Shown: positions 61,153-64,000 of the stretch, one piece after another
Layout of the letters: each line of letters starts with the position of its first letter
Position numbering within the stretch: the stretch's first letter is position 1
Assembly (NCBI GenBank): GCA_000165345.1
Contig: CM000434.1
Location: forward strand, 320,001 to 384,000
Reading direction: 5' to 3'
Length of the DNA stretch: 64,000 nucleotides
The notes under the pieces: generated by a model
What the model saw: only the letters and a program-made list of their open reading frames with translations
What the model was told of the DNA's origin: nothing
Database searches by the model: none
Position numbers and translations under genes: made by a program

Positions 61153-61889
61153 ATTCGTTATTTAGCTATATTAATATTGTAACGTTTGATTTTAACTTTG
61201 TTAAAGTAGAAATTAGCTTAAATGAACTTTTGAGTAGTGATAAAAATTGTATTAATATATATAGTAACTCTTTCCATATGCAAGAATTAGGTAAAATAAA
61301 GGTATGAAAACACGAATTACTCTAAATATATCAAATTGATTGCTCAACTCTGAATCTACTAGCTCATATCAAGGATTTCTCATAAAGCTGGTACACTTCT
61401 CTATTATATAGTTACTATTTAAACATTTGTACTTTATGGAATGAAAATTGTGTTCTTATCAGCTCTTCTAAATAATATTATAATTATTCCGATCAATTAG
61501 ATCCTATTAGGTACATGCCTAAAACGATTCTCCCCAATAAATCTCACAGAGCGGCATATTTTGGCGGTTTTTTGCACAATAAACTTGTGCAAATAGAAGT
61601 AATATAATAAGGCAATGGTACCAATAATAGATTTTTCGTAAATATAATAATTTCATAATAATTGGGAAAAATTCCATTGTTATATCGCTTATTTAATTTA
61701 TACAGAATTTTTCATAATTTTATTGATTTCCTTACCCTTGAACTGAATTTGGATCAATTTAAGAACCCCCCATATTGCCGCACTAATGGAAAGTGACCCC
61801 CGTCTCATTTATTTGTCAAAATAACACTAACAGTCAAGTTACTTCTTATTATTCGGAGAATAAGTACTGTTAAACCATCGTTTTATAAT

Positions 61890-62438
61890 ATGCTATTTCC
61901 AACAGTTTTGTGGGCACAAACTAAAAAGGCACTTTTTGTCACAGTTGACCTGCCTGATCTCAAAGATTACAAAGTTGAGCTGGAAGAGCAATACTTGAAG
62001 TTCCATGCCAATGTAGAAAATAATGAATATGAATTTAGACTAGATTTTTTGAAGCCTATTAATAAGGAGGAAAGTAGGTATCAAGTTACTAGATCTCTCC
62101 ACTTTATGATAACAAAAAAAGAAGAGGAACGTTGGAGTTCTATTGTAAAAGATTCCTCGAAAACAAAGAACTGGCTTAAATGTGACTGGAATAGATGGAT
62201 AGATACTGATGAAGAGGAAAACCCGTCCAGTAAGTTTGACATGTTCGGCGGAATGGATGGGATGATGGGTGGAATGGGTGGAATGGGTGGATTTGACTTG
62301 AGCCAACTTGGTGATATGAGTGGTATGGGGGATATGAATTTCGATGAAGATGACGTTCCTGATGATGAAGACGATGAAGAGCCCAAGGGAGAGCCAGATT
62401 GTTCTAATAAATGTTGTGATTCTGAACACAAACATTAA
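61890..62438 (+). CDS. p23/Sba1-type Hsp90 co-chaperone (CS domain) with a Gly/Met-rich and acidic tail.
   Basis: PTVLWAQTKKALFVTVDLPDLKDYKV and WLKCDWNRWIDTDEEE match p23 PEVLWAQRSDKVYLTV and VDWNKWCDEDEE. The GGM repeats and acidic tail are typical of p23. Confidence 0.8.
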   Translation: MLFPTVLWAQTKKALFVTVDLPDLKDYKVELEEQYLKFHANVENNEYEFRLDFLKPINKEESRYQVTRSLHFMITKKEEERWSSIVKDSSKTKNWLKCDWNRWIDTDEEENPSSKFDMFGGMDGMMGGMGGMGGFDLSQLGDMSGMGDMNFDEDDVPDDEDDEEPKGEPDCSNKCCDSEHKH

Positions 62439-63036
62439 ATAAAACTCTAACATAAATACAGTAGTATCTTGATTAGTATCAAAATTAGCAAAGAATTCAT
62501 ACTAAATAGGCTACTATCATATATTTATCTATTGATATTCTTATCTTCATTATAGTCAGTTCATTTTTTTATTCGGTCCTTTTAAACAATTTTTCTGTCA
62601 TACCAAATAACCAGTTTTTGAGGTTTTGGTCTACGGCTTTCATTTGGGTCAACCTAAAACTTTAAAACCCTATGTTTCATTTTTTCCGGCAGATATTATC
62701 GGAGTCACAAATTTCCATAATTATTCTGGCATTTTAGAGCAAATTATATTTTATTCATTTAGTGAAATTTAGATTCTGACACAAAATCTAAACATGAAAA
62801 GCATCCAACAGTTAATTGGATTAATTCTATTAATTATTCATTGGAAAAACTCTCAGTTTTATATGTAAAATAATGGACTAATGTTATTCTATGAATGCTT
62901 GTACGACAAATTTTAAAAAAATACTTTTGCTGTCTTGAAAAAAAAAGAACTCGTCAAATTAAATCTATTTTGCCGAAAAATAATCATTAATATAATATTT
63001 TAAAATATATATTATTAAAACATTCATAATATTAAG

Positions 63037-64000
63037 TTAATAAATTTGTTCCCCAATCATTTTTGATGGAAATGATAAATTTCCATATAAAATAACTAAC
63101 TTTCTGGCCCTTGCCTTACCAATCTTACGGATGCAGAAACCCTTGGAGCAAAAATATGAAATATTGGCAAGCTCACTAAACCAAGAAGAATTTTCAATGT
63201 CTAATGTGCTGGAATGTCCATATAAACTCTCAAAGAACAGACTTGGCTTGCTTGAAATTAATCCCTGCCTAGCTATATTGTCTGTTATAAACCTAATTAA
63301 TTCTTTTGGGGTTTTGAAAGCATTTTCTATTCCTCTTGCAGAGTCATCAGAGAGTCCAGGTATCTGCATAATTTGAGTAATCCATGGATTACTATTTGTT
63401 CCTGATGTATTTTTTGGCTTGTACTTTGAGGAAATAGGTCTTTTTTGGACTTCATGTAAACCTGAAATAATACTTAACAAATATTGGCTTGCCTCAAATT
63501 CGTTTTTCGCCTCAAAACTATCAATTGAATAATCGACCAACAAATTGGTTATGCATTTATCTAAGCATGAACTGTCAATAAACTTTTGTTTTTGCCTATT
63601 ATTATTGTCTTCAGCTCCAATATCAGATTGTAATTCTATAATTTCCTTGCTAAATAATGACTCCTGAGACAAACAATCTCTTATACCTATCCAAACAACT
63701 ACACAACGTGTCCCCACAATTGAAGCAAACTTTTTAGCTTGAAAAAATAACAAGTCAATGACAATGTGCCCAAAATAATCTTTAATATCAAGCTTATTTA
63801 AACTGGTTATTTTGTCATATACATCAATTGAAACAAAAAATATTATTACCGACGGCTTTTTGTTACTTAATGAAATTCCTAAGTTTTTTGATGTTTTTAT
63901 CCTCCTTATTTTGTCCAAGTGGGATTCGTATTCAAATTTGGGATAAAGATTGCAGTGCGGAATCAAATTATTGTAAAAAGTCTCTTGAGAATATCCTTCA
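63037..64000 (-). CDS. 5'-truncated gene whose reading frame continues past the window end, possibly an ERCC4-like/(HhH)2 protein of the Eme1/Mms4 type.
   Basis: The reported start at 63966 is TTG. The frame stays open to position 64000. An HhH-like segment IPGLSDDSARGIENAFKTPKELIRF lies near the C-terminus. The assignment is weak. Confidence 0.3.
   Translation of the reverse strand, partial: EGYSQETFYNNLIPHCNLYPKFEYESHLDKIRRIKTSKNLGISLSNKKPSVIIFFVSIDVYDKITSLNKLDIKDYFGHIVIDLLFFQAKKFASIVGTRCVVVWIGIRDCLSQESLFSKEIIELQSDIGAEDNNNRQKQKFIDSSCLDKCITNLLVDYSIDSFEAKNEFEASQYLLSIISGLHEVQKRPISSKYKPKNTSGTNSNPWITQIMQIPGLSDDSARGIENAFKTPKELIRFITDNIARQGLISSKPSLFFESLYGHSSTLDIENSSWFSELANISYFCSKGFCIRKIGKARARKLVILYGNLSFPSKMIGEQIY

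Noticed and set aside
62040-62453. Two minus-strand ORFs antisense to the p23 gene.
   Set aside because: They are the complement of the Gly/Met/Asp-rich tail codons. p23 homology supports the + strand.

Overview
The window reads as a gene-dense, AT-rich eukaryotic chromosome segment. It is most consistent with an apicomplexan of the Cryptosporidium type: about 30% GC by eye, long mostly intron-free ORFs, asparagine- and serine-rich low-complexity inserts, and a few short GT[AG]AGT...AG introns. Nothing prokaryotic is present: no operons, CRISPR arrays, or rRNA or tRNA genes.

I can support about 35 protein-coding genes. The ones I recognise are:
- a tandem CCCH zinc-finger protein
- a multi-pass membrane protein with a C-terminal START lipid-transfer domain
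- the Hus1 checkpoint clamp subunit, sharing a divergent promoter with a class I histone deacetylase
- a spliced ribosomal protein S23
- a Med21-like protein with an upstream exon the ORF track missed
- a two-exon DEAH-box splicing helicase
- a CDK-like kinase with an RE-repeat tail
- an E2F/DP-family transcription factor
- a secreted protein combining a GT31/Fringe-like domain with a polysaccharide pyruvyltransferase domain
- Sec14, a SET/PHD methyltransferase, TMCO1, a polycystin-2-like cation channel, CDKAL1, XPC/Rad4, Eaf6, Yju2, a CANT1-type apyrase and EXO1
- a PAM2+MIF4G (eIF4G/Paip1-like) protein, a Dot1-like methyltransferase, p23, and a 5'-truncated ERCC4/HhH-like gene at the window edge

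The ORF track accepts non-ATG starts, and I corrected several starts to the first in-frame ATG. Five introns are inferred from canonical splice sites and frame continuity. Intergenic regions carry short GC islands resembling E2F-type (GCGGGA/GGCGCC) and ApiAP2-type (TGCATGCA) motifs.

The main hunt result is the GT31+pyruvyltransferase fusion, a one-polypeptide fusion of two activities known as separate enzymes in one fission-yeast glycan-capping pathway (interest 0.8). The runner-up is the polycystin-2-like channel (0.6). The START-domain membrane protein and a cryptic three-exon gene joining two small ORFs follow at 0.5.

All coordinates derived by hand from the printed sequence may be off by 1 nt.
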